From an uncultured Bacteroidales bacterium (lineage in GTDB: Bacteria > Bacteroidota > Bacteroidia > Bacteroidales > JBBRXJ01): a DNA stretch of 64,000 nt. The stretch's first letter is position 1; every line of letters starts with the position of its first letter. The notes beneath the pieces were generated by a model. It was not told the DNA's origin, did no database searches, and was given only the letters and a program-made list of their open reading frames with translations. Location: the NCBI GenBank assembly GCA_964345135.1, contig CAYFQI010000001.1, forward strand, positions 3,851 through 67,850, in the 5' to 3' direction. Of the stretch, positions 51,902 to 61,026 are shown piece after piece. A program made the position numbers and the translations under genes.

Positions 51902-52879
51902 TTAAAAGAACACGGTAAATTGAAAGTCATCACTGAAATCGCTTTGATTTCCTGCTTCATCAACTGAGCGTACTCTCCAATAAAATGTTTGTGCAGTATC
52001 AAAAAGATAATTATGTTCAGTATTGGTATTGATTTCAACAGAATCAAAAATATTTTTAAATTCATTATCTGTATAAATAAATAAAACATCTGAGATTTCT
52101 GTTCCACCATCATCAAGTCTGTCCCATACAAAAGTAACAGAAGAATCATTGATGGTTGTATCGTTGGGTGATATCAGGGTAGGAGTTGCAGGATTTATAC
52201 TGTCTATTGTAATGTTCTTGGTGCTAAAACCTGTTGAGTTGGAATCCCGAATAGCTTCTACTCCCCATGTATAACTTCCATTATCAAGATGATTCACTGT
52301 ATATTGAGTGGTTGTAATATTTTCTTTCCGTACAACAACAGAATCATTCGACCAATTTCCATGTCGGATCATAAAGATATATGATTCGGCATCAGGGATG
52401 CTCTCCCAACGGAATACAATATTTGAGGTTTCATTCATTAGCCCTGAAGGCTCTGTTAATTGAATATCGTATTCTGAAATATCATTAGTTTCTAATATAG
52501 TAAGCTGCATGATTTCAGAAGTGATTTCATTGGAATTATTTGCAGCCACTAACCTCCATTCGTATGTGCCTGGATTTAGCGTATAATAAAATTTATTGTC
52601 AGAATTGTAAACCGTATCAATAGCAGAAATAGTAGTATCTAAGATGAGTTTTTGAGTGGATTGAAATGAAGGGGTGACAATCCGCAGGTTGTAATAATAT
52701 GCACCGTCAACGGTTTCCCACATGAATAATTGATTGATAATGGTGGTTTCAATACCATCAGATGGCGCAATGATAACGATTTCTTCATCACTGATGTCTT
52801 CTTCAAATATTTCACTGCATCGTGAGAAAATAAATCCCGTTACAATAAATATGATTAAATATAGATAATTAATTTTCAT
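51902..52879 (-). CDS. lipoprotein with four or five FN3-like repeats (325 aa)
   Basis: The lipobox-like N-terminus is IVTGFIFSRCSE. A ~75-90-aa periodicity is marked by W/Y-rich strands (YYYNLRIV, YEWRLVAANN, YIFMIRHGNW, YTWGVEAIRD, FYWRVRSVDEAGNQSDFS). Confidence 0.65.
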   Translation of the reverse strand: MKINYLYLIIFIVTGFIFSRCSEIFEEDISDEEIVIIAPSDGIETTIINQLFMWETVDGAYYYNLRIVTPSFQSTQKLILDTTISAIDTVYNSDNKFYYTLNPGTYEWRLVAANNSNEITSEIMQLTILETNDISEYDIQLTEPSGLMNETSNIVFRWESIPDAESYIFMIRHGNWSNDSVVVRKENITTTQYTVNHLDNGSYTWGVEAIRDSNSTGFSTKNITIDSINPATPTLISPNDTTINDSSVTFVWDRLDDGGTEISDVLFIYTDNEFKNIFDSVEINTNTEHNYLFDTAQTFYWRVRSVDEAGNQSDFSDDFQFTVFF

Positions 52880-53411
52880 TTTTTATATGTTTTACATTTT
52901 GAATAAATAATGAACCATATAGTTTCATCCGCTTGGTTTTCCGGTCCCGTTCCTTATCAAATTGAACGGATATGATTTTGCCCAGTTGGAATTTTTGTTC
53001 AAATAAATAGATCAGTTTTAATATTTTGATGAATTCCCCTTCTACAACCAATTTATTGGTCATAATTAGGTAATCCTTATCTTTATAATAATGTGTTTTA
53101 GGAAAATTGTTTAAGGTTAATTGATGTTGTTGACAAAAGTGGCCTGTTTTTTCCAGGATAGCAGATTGAACATCCATATTTATATGCATGTCTTTTCCAA
53201 TCAATGTATTGATGTTATTTAATTTCTGTCCGATCTCCCGGATTTTTGACGGGGCATTTTGAAGGCTTTCTTTTTGTTCTTCGAGTTTATTACATATTTT
53301 GCTAAGAGTAACTGTTCGTCGGATGGATAAAGAATAAGACAGGATAAGCAGGATTACAAATCCGGCGATTAAATACAAGACCTTTTTTTTATATGTTAAA
53401 TTGTTAAACAA
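52869..53411 (-). CDS. bitopic PilO/GspM-like assembly protein (180 aa)
   Basis: It has an N-terminal TM (VLYLIAGFVILLILSYSL), then a coiled coil (KLEEQKESLQNAPSKIREIGQKLNN), then a ferredoxin-like-sized domain. The call rests on architecture and context. Confidence 0.45.
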   Translation of the reverse strand: MFNNLTYKKKVLYLIAGFVILLILSYSLSIRRTVTLSKICNKLEEQKESLQNAPSKIREIGQKLNNINTLIGKDMHINMDVQSAILEKTGHFCQQHQLTLNNFPKTHYYKDKDYLIMTNKLVVEGEFIKILKLIYLFEQKFQLGKIISVQFDKERDRKTKRMKLYGSLFIQNVKHIKNEN

Positions 53412-53440
53412 TATGTTGTAATTTATAATTTTAAAAATAT

Positions 53441-54676
53441 TTATAGCTGCTTATGATCAATTTTAATTTCAATCGAAAAATCACCGGAAGAATGCAGTGA
53501 TTCTTGCTTATAATTGATAATGTCAAGTTGTACAATCCAGGCAAAATTTTTTAATTCTTCGATCCATTGATTTAAAATGGTGCTGTTTGTTGAAGACCCG
53601 TTGATGATGATTGTATTTTGTCTAATGTCAATGCTTTCATGCTCTTTTACTTTTTTCCTGACCGGATTGAGAGCAAGTTGATCAAGAACGATTTGTTCGG
53701 GTATGGAACGGGCAATTCTGTCTGCAAAAAAAGATAATTTGGTCTTCCCTAATATGTTTTTTTCTTCTACGAATTGTGTTTTCCTTTTTAATTCTTTTTT
53801 TAGGAATTTTAATTTTGACAAGGTGACCCTGTTTTTACTCAATTCTGAGCTTAAACGTTCCTGTTTTCCCTTATAATGTGTAAATACCATGTAATTTCCA
53901 AGCAATAAGGCAAATAAGATAATAAGTGCAGCCCAGCCCACTTTCACAAATAATTGTTTGTGAAAATATTCTTGTTTTTCATTTGCCAACGAGGGTATAT
54001 GCAATGCATTGACAGACCCGGCATCAAGAAAATAACCGAATGCAGCAGAAAAAGATTTTAATAATAAGGCAGGTACCTGATCTGACCCAATGGAATATTC
54101 TGTAGATATATCATGATTTTCAGATACTTTAAAATCAATAATTTTTTGTTCATTGGTGATTATTTTAATATCCGGCAACAAGATGTTTTTTTTATCATGA
54201 TCAATAAATGGAATGATATGGTTAACAGCAAAAGGGCCAAGAAATATGTTGATGATGTGTAAATGATGGGATTTTAATAATTCTATGATTTCATGCAGTG
54301 TTTTTTTACGGATAACAGATAAATAAACATGTTCATCGTCTAAAGGCATATGTTGCAAATAAAAATCACTTACCCGGGCATTTGGAAATACTTTTTGTAA
54401 CATTTCTTCTTCTGTAAGCCCTTCATGTGCTATTTTTCTATGGATAATCCCTTTGCCCGATACATTTAGTATGACAGGGTCTTTGGGATTTATCCGCTGC
54501 TTCAATGCTTCAATGTCATCTATTTGTTTTGCCTGGTTGTTAATGGCAATGGTTTGTTTGACTTTTTTCAATTGAACATATTGAAAAACGAATTCATTTT
54601 CTTTAAGAATATTGATGTCAATTCCGGCAACTGTATTGCTTTGAAAAATATTGATATGATTGAATTTGTTAAACAT
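53441..54676 (-). CDS. GspL-like / fused PilM-PilN-like assembly protein (411 aa)
   Basis: It has a ~240-aa cytoplasmic domain, a single TM (VGWAALIILFALLLGNYMVF), then a coiled coil and a periplasmic domain. It sits between the secretin and the PilO/GspM-like gene. The call rests on architecture and context. Confidence 0.5.
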   Translation of the reverse strand: MFNKFNHINIFQSNTVAGIDINILKENEFVFQYVQLKKVKQTIAINNQAKQIDDIEALKQRINPKDPVILNVSGKGIIHRKIAHEGLTEEEMLQKVFPNARVSDFYLQHMPLDDEHVYLSVIRKKTLHEIIELLKSHHLHIINIFLGPFAVNHIIPFIDHDKKNILLPDIKIITNEQKIIDFKVSENHDISTEYSIGSDQVPALLLKSFSAAFGYFLDAGSVNALHIPSLANEKQEYFHKQLFVKVGWAALIILFALLLGNYMVFTHYKGKQERLSSELSKNRVTLSKLKFLKKELKRKTQFVEEKNILGKTKLSFFADRIARSIPEQIVLDQLALNPVRKKVKEHESIDIRQNTIIINGSSTNSTILNQWIEELKNFAWIVQLDIINYKQESLHSSGDFSIEIKIDHKQL

Positions 54677-54693
54677 AAACTTATATATGCCGG

Positions 54694-56640
54694 TTAATAA
54701 ATTACTGTCGGTTTAATGAATATATTCAGTTTTTCATTGGATTTTGAACGTGTTCTGGAAGAAAATAACCATTTTATGATTGGTATTCGGGAAAGTAAAG
54801 GAACTCCTGTCCCTGTATTTTCTTTTTTTGTTTTTTCAAATCCTCCTAAAAGGATCATCTCCTGGTTTTTAACCCTGATGGATGATTTGAATGTTCTGGT
54901 GACTGAATTTGGAGGGGCATCTTTGAATTCTCTGACGGTAAAATCCGATTGACTTACTTCAATATCCAATGTAATATGCCCATCGCCAGAGACAATGGGT
55001 TTAATAGACACCTGGAGATCGGCATTCAATGCTTTCCATGTAAATGATTTAGATAGCGAGGGATTTTGTGTACCAATAAAATTACTTCGTTCTTCTTTAT
55101 AATAAGTAGTCTGTCCTAGAGTCATACTTGCTTCATGGCCATTTAAAGTAGATAATTTTGGAGTAGACCGCACCTGCACTATTCCTTTGTCTTCCATTGC
55201 TTGAATGGTAGCATAAAACCGTGGAGTGACCTTGCCTAACCTGATCCAGCCAAAACCGTTCAGTCCTTCAATCACATCATTAACAGCCCGGGTGCTTAAT
55301 TGCATGTTTAATCCTGGATACAGAGAGCCGGTAGATTGTCTGACACCTTCTCCCAAACCTGCTGTAATTCCTGCAGAAAAAGTATGTGAACGATTGATAT
55401 CAACAATCATCACCTCGATTAATACCACCGGGATGATTTTATCGATTTCAAAGAGAAATTCTTCAATTTTTTTAACTCCCAATTGTGTCCCGGTTACAAT
55501 GAGGCTGTTGCTTTCGGTTAATTCAATCACATCGGTTTCTTTAGAAATACCTTCAGGGATGAATTCGGAGATTTTATCTACCGTACGGTATTGAAGCTGA
55601 ATGACCTTTGTTGTTTTTAAAGCAGTATTGTCTGCCTGCCCGATAAGGTAACTGTTGTCATGCTTACTATAAGCATATTCTGTACCTTCGAGAAGAGCCG
55701 CCATCATATTATCATAAGTAACTCCATTGACTTCCAGTGTAATTTGTTTGTCTATTTCAGACAACATGTAATAATTGATCCCCAGCTCATCGGAGACAGA
55801 TTTAATTATATCATAAACAGATTGGTCTTGTACGCTCAACGAGATACTGTCGGGATGTTTGGCGCTTATTTCAAATTCAGGTATTTCTTTATCACCTCCC
55901 CTCCCGGAAATTCTGGTCCTGTCTGAACTTCTCGTGCTTGTTGCAGCAGAGGTTCTTCCTGGTGTTGTTTCAGGCGCCTGGATTTGTTCTTCTATCAGGT
56001 AAAACCCGTCTTTTGTTTTGGAGACATCAAGTCCGTTGGCATAGGCTAATTTGTCTATAACATTATCAAATGGCATGTTTTTAATATATCCGTTGACTGT
56101 TTGTTCACGAATGGAACGGCTAATGATTACATTTTTTCCTGTCTTGTCAATAATAGCTTTGGCGACTTCATAAAGCGTGTCTTGTTTTAATTCAAGTGAT
56201 AAATGGCCGGTTGATGTATCATATTCCACTACCGGATCATGGTCGGGTTGTATGGGTTCAGGTTCTGGTGGCTCTACATGCATATCTACCATTAGAATAT
56301 TTCCAATGGCTTTGATTTCCAGGTTATATATTTTTGCAAGATATACCAACACGTCTTTCACTTTTACATGCGAAAAGTTATTTACAATCCTGTAATTTAA
56401 AGAGGGGTCTATGGTAATGTTCAACCCGGTGTTGTTGGCAATGGCCCTGATGAATTCCTGTATGCTCACACCATTTACTGTAATGTCTACAGTATCATTT
56501 AATGCAGGTATTTCTTCTGCCAGGCTATCAAGCTTTTCCTGTAATGCATTTACATTTTGACCAGAACAAAATGCTGAATACAAGAAAAGTAATAATAGAG
56601 GGAAAAAATACGCTTTAATTTTTTTTTTGTTGTTGATCAT
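54694..56640 (-). CDS. gspD: secretin, GspD/PilQ family (648 aa)
   Basis: It has a signal peptide and an N-terminal secretin-N/STN-like module (VSIQEFIRAIANNTGLNITIDPSL). The C-terminal secretin core reads VRSTPKLSTLNGHEASMTLGQTTYY...GTGVPLLSRIPIIKWLFSSRT...LNIFIKPTVIY. Confidence 0.9.
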   Translation of the reverse strand: MINNKKKIKAYFFPLLLLFLYSAFCSGQNVNALQEKLDSLAEEIPALNDTVDITVNGVSIQEFIRAIANNTGLNITIDPSLNYRIVNNFSHVKVKDVLVYLAKIYNLEIKAIGNILMVDMHVEPPEPEPIQPDHDPVVEYDTSTGHLSLELKQDTLYEVAKAIIDKTGKNVIISRSIREQTVNGYIKNMPFDNVIDKLAYANGLDVSKTKDGFYLIEEQIQAPETTPGRTSAATSTRSSDRTRISGRGGDKEIPEFEISAKHPDSISLSVQDQSVYDIIKSVSDELGINYYMLSEIDKQITLEVNGVTYDNMMAALLEGTEYAYSKHDNSYLIGQADNTALKTTKVIQLQYRTVDKISEFIPEGISKETDVIELTESNSLIVTGTQLGVKKIEEFLFEIDKIIPVVLIEVMIVDINRSHTFSAGITAGLGEGVRQSTGSLYPGLNMQLSTRAVNDVIEGLNGFGWIRLGKVTPRFYATIQAMEDKGIVQVRSTPKLSTLNGHEASMTLGQTTYYKEERSNFIGTQNPSLSKSFTWKALNADLQVSIKPIVSGDGHITLDIEVSQSDFTVREFKDAPPNSVTRTFKSSIRVKNQEMILLGGFEKTKKENTGTGVPLLSRIPIIKWLFSSRTRSKSNEKLNIFIKPTVIY

Positions 56641-56758
56641 ATGTTTTATAACTAAGGTGTATAAATAGTTTAAATATGTTTAAGTTCTTAACAAATTTTA
56701 AGGGTTTTTTTAGTATTCAAATTTTGAATCCTTTATTTTTGTTATCCTTTGTTTTATT

Positions 56759-58195
56759 TTAATTATTCATCAAAATAGAATATATTTCTTTAATGGTTGT
56801 TTTACCTTGTTTGAATAAGGTGAATGCACTTTCCGATAATTGTTCTATGTTTCTTTCTTTTAGTAAATTACGCACATCAAATTGTTCCTGCCTGATTTGT
56901 TCAATAAAATCATGATCAATAGGGATTACTTCATACACTGCTTTTCGCCCTTTGTAGCCGGTATAAAAACATGATTCGCATCCTTTGGCTATGTAATGGG
57001 TTGTTATTTTTTCCGGTGGAGTAAAGTTTCTTGGATAAAAAGACGGGTCGAATAATTGTTCTTCTTTACAGCGAGGGCACAAAAGCCGTAAAAGCCGTTG
57101 TGCAACAGACAGGTTTAATGTACTGGCCAAAAGAAACGACGGGATGCCCATGTCAATCAACCGGGTTACTGTGCCCCAGGCCGAATTGGTATGGATTGTA
57201 GATAGTACCAGGTGGCCTGTCAGGGCAGCACGAATGGCCATTTGAGCTGTTTCAGCATCCCTGATCTCTCCCAGCATGATGATATCAGGATCCTGGCGTA
57301 GGAATGTTCTTAAAGCCCTGGCAAATGACAACCCGATGCTTTCTTTTAATTGTACCTGGTTAATCCCTTTAAGCGTGTATTCAATAGGGTCTTCAATGGT
57401 CAGTATATTGGTTTCTTCCTTGTTTAAAATTTTTAATGTGGCATAAAGTGTAGTGGTCTTCCCGGAGCCTGTAGGCCCGCTGATTAAAATAATGCCATTG
57501 GTGCGTTTAACGCCTTCAAGATAATAGGAAAGCTGATCGTCATTAAATCCAAGTGCATTAATGTCTATATGTGTTGTGTCTTTGCTGAGCAGGCGCATCA
57601 CAATTTTTTCGCCATGCAAAGTGGGTAATACAGAAACACGAATATCGAATTTATCTTTTCCTGTTGAAAAAATGATCCTGCCATCCTGAGGGAGACGTTT
57701 TTCGGCGATGTCAAGGTTCGACTTAATTTTAATTTTATTAACAACAGGAGGGTATTGTTCTTTTTTAAGCACATATCGTTCAACCAGTTTTCCATCAATG
57801 CGAAGCCTTATTCTGCAGTTGTCTTCATAAATTTCCATATGAATGTCACTACTACCAATGGCATTGGCTTCCGAAATGATTTTTTCAATAAAATCATCGG
57901 ATTTAAAATCTACAATGGATCCGGAATGTTGTTTGTTTTTTCCATCGGTTTTACGGTAATACCTACCCAGGGTTTTTCTGATGATTTTTCCATTGGCTTG
58001 TTCGAGTGTAACATCTTTGTCCAGTAACATTTCCAGTTCATCTTTTAATGCCTCGGAATGTGAATCTTTGTCAATGTAAAATGAAATATGATTTCCATTA
58101 ACTTCCAGTGGAATGATAAGAAAATGCCATGCCTGTTCGGGCGTAATTACTTGTTGTAATTCGGCATTTAATTGTATGTAGTCTTGTTCAGCCAT
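56759..58195 (-). CDS. gspE: type II/IV secretion ATPase, GspE/PilB family (478 aa)
   Basis: Walker A is LISGPTGSGKTTTLYATL, the Asp box/Walker B is DPDIIMLGEIRD, and the His box is GHLVLSTIHTN. A tetracysteine motif is present (CPRCKEE...CESCFYTGYKGR). Confidence 0.92.
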   Translation of the reverse strand: MAEQDYIQLNAELQQVITPEQAWHFLIIPLEVNGNHISFYIDKDSHSEALKDELEMLLDKDVTLEQANGKIIRKTLGRYYRKTDGKNKQHSGSIVDFKSDDFIEKIISEANAIGSSDIHMEIYEDNCRIRLRIDGKLVERYVLKKEQYPPVVNKIKIKSNLDIAEKRLPQDGRIIFSTGKDKFDIRVSVLPTLHGEKIVMRLLSKDTTHIDINALGFNDDQLSYYLEGVKRTNGIILISGPTGSGKTTTLYATLKILNKEETNILTIEDPIEYTLKGINQVQLKESIGLSFARALRTFLRQDPDIIMLGEIRDAETAQMAIRAALTGHLVLSTIHTNSAWGTVTRLIDMGIPSFLLASTLNLSVAQRLLRLLCPRCKEEQLFDPSFYPRNFTPPEKITTHYIAKGCESCFYTGYKGRKAVYEVIPIDHDFIEQIRQEQFDVRNLLKERNIEQLSESAFTLFKQGKTTIKEIYSILMNN

Positions 58196-58721
58196 AAATT
58201 AACTTGATCATTTTAGCCATTATCATTTCTGATTGATAAAAACCATATTGTTTCATAACAATGGTGTTGTATAAAATTGCAATGCACAAACAGAAGGCAA
58301 GTGCCCCGGCCAATGGAATAGATGCATGTCTTTTTGTTGTAATTTTCCAGACTAAAAAGCCTGCCAAAGTTATAAATAAACCAACGATAAAAAAAGTAAT
58401 ATAAAAAATGGGTGAAAAAAAGAAGCCAATAATAATAAAAAACAGGATATCCCCCAGGCCTATATATTGGTTAAGAATATTTGTGACCTTCCCTTTTTTT
58501 AAAGAAAAATAAAGTGTTAAAACAATGAATTGAATAGCAATAAATGAAACATTCAATGAAAAATAGGTGAAAAGTATTTTGCCTTCAATATAGTATAATG
58601 CAGGGATAATAAGGGCAATTGCCAATAACGGGAGCCACCACCACGAAATTGCCCTGTGGTTAAAGTCTTCATATGCAATCATTCCCAGGAAAAAAAGTGC
58701 AGGTATCAAATATAAAATCAT
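58188..58721 (-). CDS. prepilin peptidase, A24 family, short form without methyltransferase domain (177 aa)
   Basis: The protein is polytopic. The first catalytic Asp context is MIAYEDFNHRAI and the second is IGLGDILFF (G.GD). It overlaps the gspE start by 8 nt. Confidence 0.8.
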   Translation of the reverse strand: MILYLIPALFFLGMIAYEDFNHRAISWWWLPLLAIALIIPALYYIEGKILFTYFSLNVSFIAIQFIVLTLYFSLKKGKVTNILNQYIGLGDILFFIIIGFFFSPIFYITFFIVGLFITLAGFLVWKITTKRHASIPLAGALAFCLCIAILYNTIVMKQYGFYQSEMIMAKMIKLIYG

Positions 58722-58722
58722 A

Positions 58723-59124
58723 TTAATCTTTGACGGTTTCTTTTAAATTTTTATCCTCGTTTATTTGCCAAACATTATAGTCTCCATCCTGGTCAAAATC
58801 TGTAACGGCTGTAGCTGTTGCTTTGTAGCCTGAATTGGAAGCTTCTATAACTTCAATTTTGTAATTTGCCTGGCCTTCTTCTGTTACCAGTTTTTCTTGT
58901 TCAAAACCTAATTCTTCAAGGTCAGCAGTATAACGTGAATGCATGTAAAAATAATTTTTCTGGAGAGTATGCAGATGATTTAACTGCATTTTGGCTTCAG
59001 TACTTTTAGCTTTGGATATGAGTGGCATAAAATTGGGTAGCGCCAATAATACCAGTATACCAATAATGACCAGGACAACGAGTAGTTCAGTTAAACTAAA
59101 AGCCGGGAGTTTACGGTTTTTCAT
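58723..59124 (-). CDS. major (pseudo)pilin, GspG-like (133 aa)
   Basis: It has a prepilin N-terminus (MKNRKLPA/FSLTELLVVLVIIGILVLLALPNF). It contains no cysteines and has a DFDQDGDYN loop near the C-terminus. It is the first gene of the cluster, 1 nt from the peptidase gene. Confidence 0.8.
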   Translation of the reverse strand: MKNRKLPAFSLTELLVVLVIIGILVLLALPNFMPLISKAKSTEAKMQLNHLHTLQKNYFYMHSRYTADLEELGFEQEKLVTEEGQANYKIEVIEASNSGYKATATAVTDFDQDGDYNVWQINEDKNLKETVKD

Positions 59125-59349
59125 TTCACTATAAATTTATGGTTATAAGAAAAGATATTTATCTATATCGCTTTTACAAAATGAATAAAAAAATAGCAAA
59201 GAAAAAAATTTTTTTATTCATAAGCCTCTAAACCGGAATTTACAGCCTTGTTAATAAATTGATGTTAAAATTCCAATGAGCCCCGTTTGCAAATATGATT
59301 ATGAATATCAATTGTTTCAATTCCCGGCTTTTCTTTTTTGATATGATGA

Positions 59350-60493
59350 ACTTTTTTTATAGATGAAGATTGGCATCCGGGAGATTTGATTATTGACCAT
59401 AATGTCATCTATAATATTGAGAGGCTGATACAATTGAATGGATGTAGCTTTTTAAAGGTTTTTAATAATACCCTCCAGGCAACCAGCAAGCATCATATAG
59501 GAGGTGTTCAACTGGAAGATACCGATGTATATATACAAAACAATTTTGGAATTCCCAATGATTTTGGTGAATATGCCGTGATGTCTCATAACCTTTCTAC
59601 TGGTACAGCAATTGATAATAATTATTTTACAGATGCTGCCAATGGTGATTTTACATTAACATCCAATGCTGTAGAAGCCATTGACAGTGGAGCTAATGTG
59701 TCGCCATACAACGGATTAGTGAAAGATATTCCTGATATCGGCGCATATGAATATGGTAAAACAGAATGGACAGCAGGTGCCACGGCTGACATAATAGTCT
59801 TACATGAACTCGATTTGTCAGCAACTAACGGGGGAAAAGTCATGCCTGGCGGGCTCATACGCGATGGTGAAGTGCTTGCTATCGAAGCCGAAGATGTATT
59901 AGGAGCCGTATTTAACCAATGGAGCGGAGATGTGACAGGAAGTGAAATCCCCCGGGAAATTACCATGAACTCAGATATAACAGCACTAGCGTGAATTTAA
60001 TGTTGTTGATACGTTTAATTTAAATATTGAAACAACCAATGGAAGCGTCCGTCTATTTCCTGGAGGAGGAACATATAATACCGGCACAGAAGTAAAGTTG
60101 ACTGCAAATCCTGCTTCTGAAGAATATTATTTTAGTGATTGGACAGGAGATATTACAGATTCCGTGAACCCGGTGACTGTTACCATGGATAATGATCATA
60201 CCATTACAGCAAATTTTTCAGCCCACCCAAGGTATTTACTTATAATTGAAACCACCGAAGGGGGAAGTGTAAATATAAATCCTGAGCAGACAGATTACCT
60301 GGAAGGAACTGTTGTAAATATATTAGCCATACCTGACAGTGCTTATAAATTTGTGAACTGGACAGGAGATGTTAGCGTTTCTGACAGTGTTATCCGCCAG
60401 GATATTATCCTGGATCATGATATAACAATTACAGCTCATTTTGTGTCAACTGCCGGAATGGATGAATTAAATTCAGTATTATTTAAAATGTAA
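59350..60493 (+). pseudogene. frameshifted, N-terminally truncated relic of a beta-helix protein with three InlB-B-repeat-like modules
   Basis: Track ORFs 59386-59994 and 60098-60493 are one reading frame broken at 59990-59994. The second frame opens right after a TAG at 59987-59989. It continues REFNVVDTFNLNIETTNGSVRLFPGG...YYFSDWTGDITDSVNPVTVTMDNDHTITANF. Repeat motifs are FNQWSGDVTG...ITAL, FSDWTGDITD...ITANF and FVNWTGDVSV...ITAHF. There is no in-frame ATG or signal peptide: the frame opens after a TGA at 59347-59349 and the tracked start is TTG. Confidence 0.6.
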
Positions 60494-60766
60494 TAATTCT
60501 CTGTAGCTTTCTTTCGCCAAAGGATATAAATTTTGGCCTCGTTCTGTGATAGGGACATGTTTACTTTTTTCAATTTCCAATACATATTTTTCTACCCATT
60601 CATCGGTTATTTCTGCTTCTGTTTTATTCATTAATTTGACAATAATTTCCATCAACTCCAGTTGGTAGTCATGGATTTCAATTCCCAGGTTACTCAAGGC
60701 TTCTATGTATTGATTAAAATACATGTCCTGCTTTATTAGTTCTATGATGATTTCTTTTGTTTCCAT
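60479..60766 (-). CDS. small acidic helical protein of unknown function (95 aa)
   Basis: ORF track entry. About 19 D/E against 11 K/R were counted by eye. It lies 260 nt downstream of hsdR on the same strand. Confidence 0.5.
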   Translation of the reverse strand: METKEIIIELIKQDMYFNQYIEALSNLGIEIHDYQLELMEIIVKLMNKTEAEITDEWVEKYVLEIEKSKHVPITERGQNLYPLAKESYRELLHFK

Positions 60767-61026
60767 GATATATTTTTTTTAAAGTTTATAAATAAATTGT
60801 TTAATCCAATCCCTTTAACTTTGCCTGATTGGTGTTCATTATTAACCCGTTGCCGCTTTCTTAAAAAAGAGAACAGCAATGCTACAATGGTCTCATTATC
60901 TCCGGCACACTTGCAGAAACAAGGAGAATTATATATATTTAAGATTACCTCTTCTTAATATAAAACCCGTTCTAATTTATCTTTTTTATTTTTCCGTTGT
61001 GTGTCATCTGCTGCAGTAGTACATAT

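Noticed and set aside
51874-52149. 91-aa minus-strand ORF overlapping the FN3 lipoprotein gene
   Set aside because: It is out of frame and lies inside the better-supported 325-aa ORF (51902-52879).
59622-59966. 114-aa minus-strand ORF opposite the beta-helix relic
   Set aside because: It is antisense to a frame carrying recognisable beta-helix/InlB-B-repeat motifs and has no features of its own.
59985-59995. Programmed +1/-1 ribosomal frameshift joining ORFs 59386-59994 and 60098-60493
   Set aside because: There is no slippery heptamer or downstream structure. The locus also lacks a proper start and signal peptide, so decay or an assembly indel is the simpler explanation.
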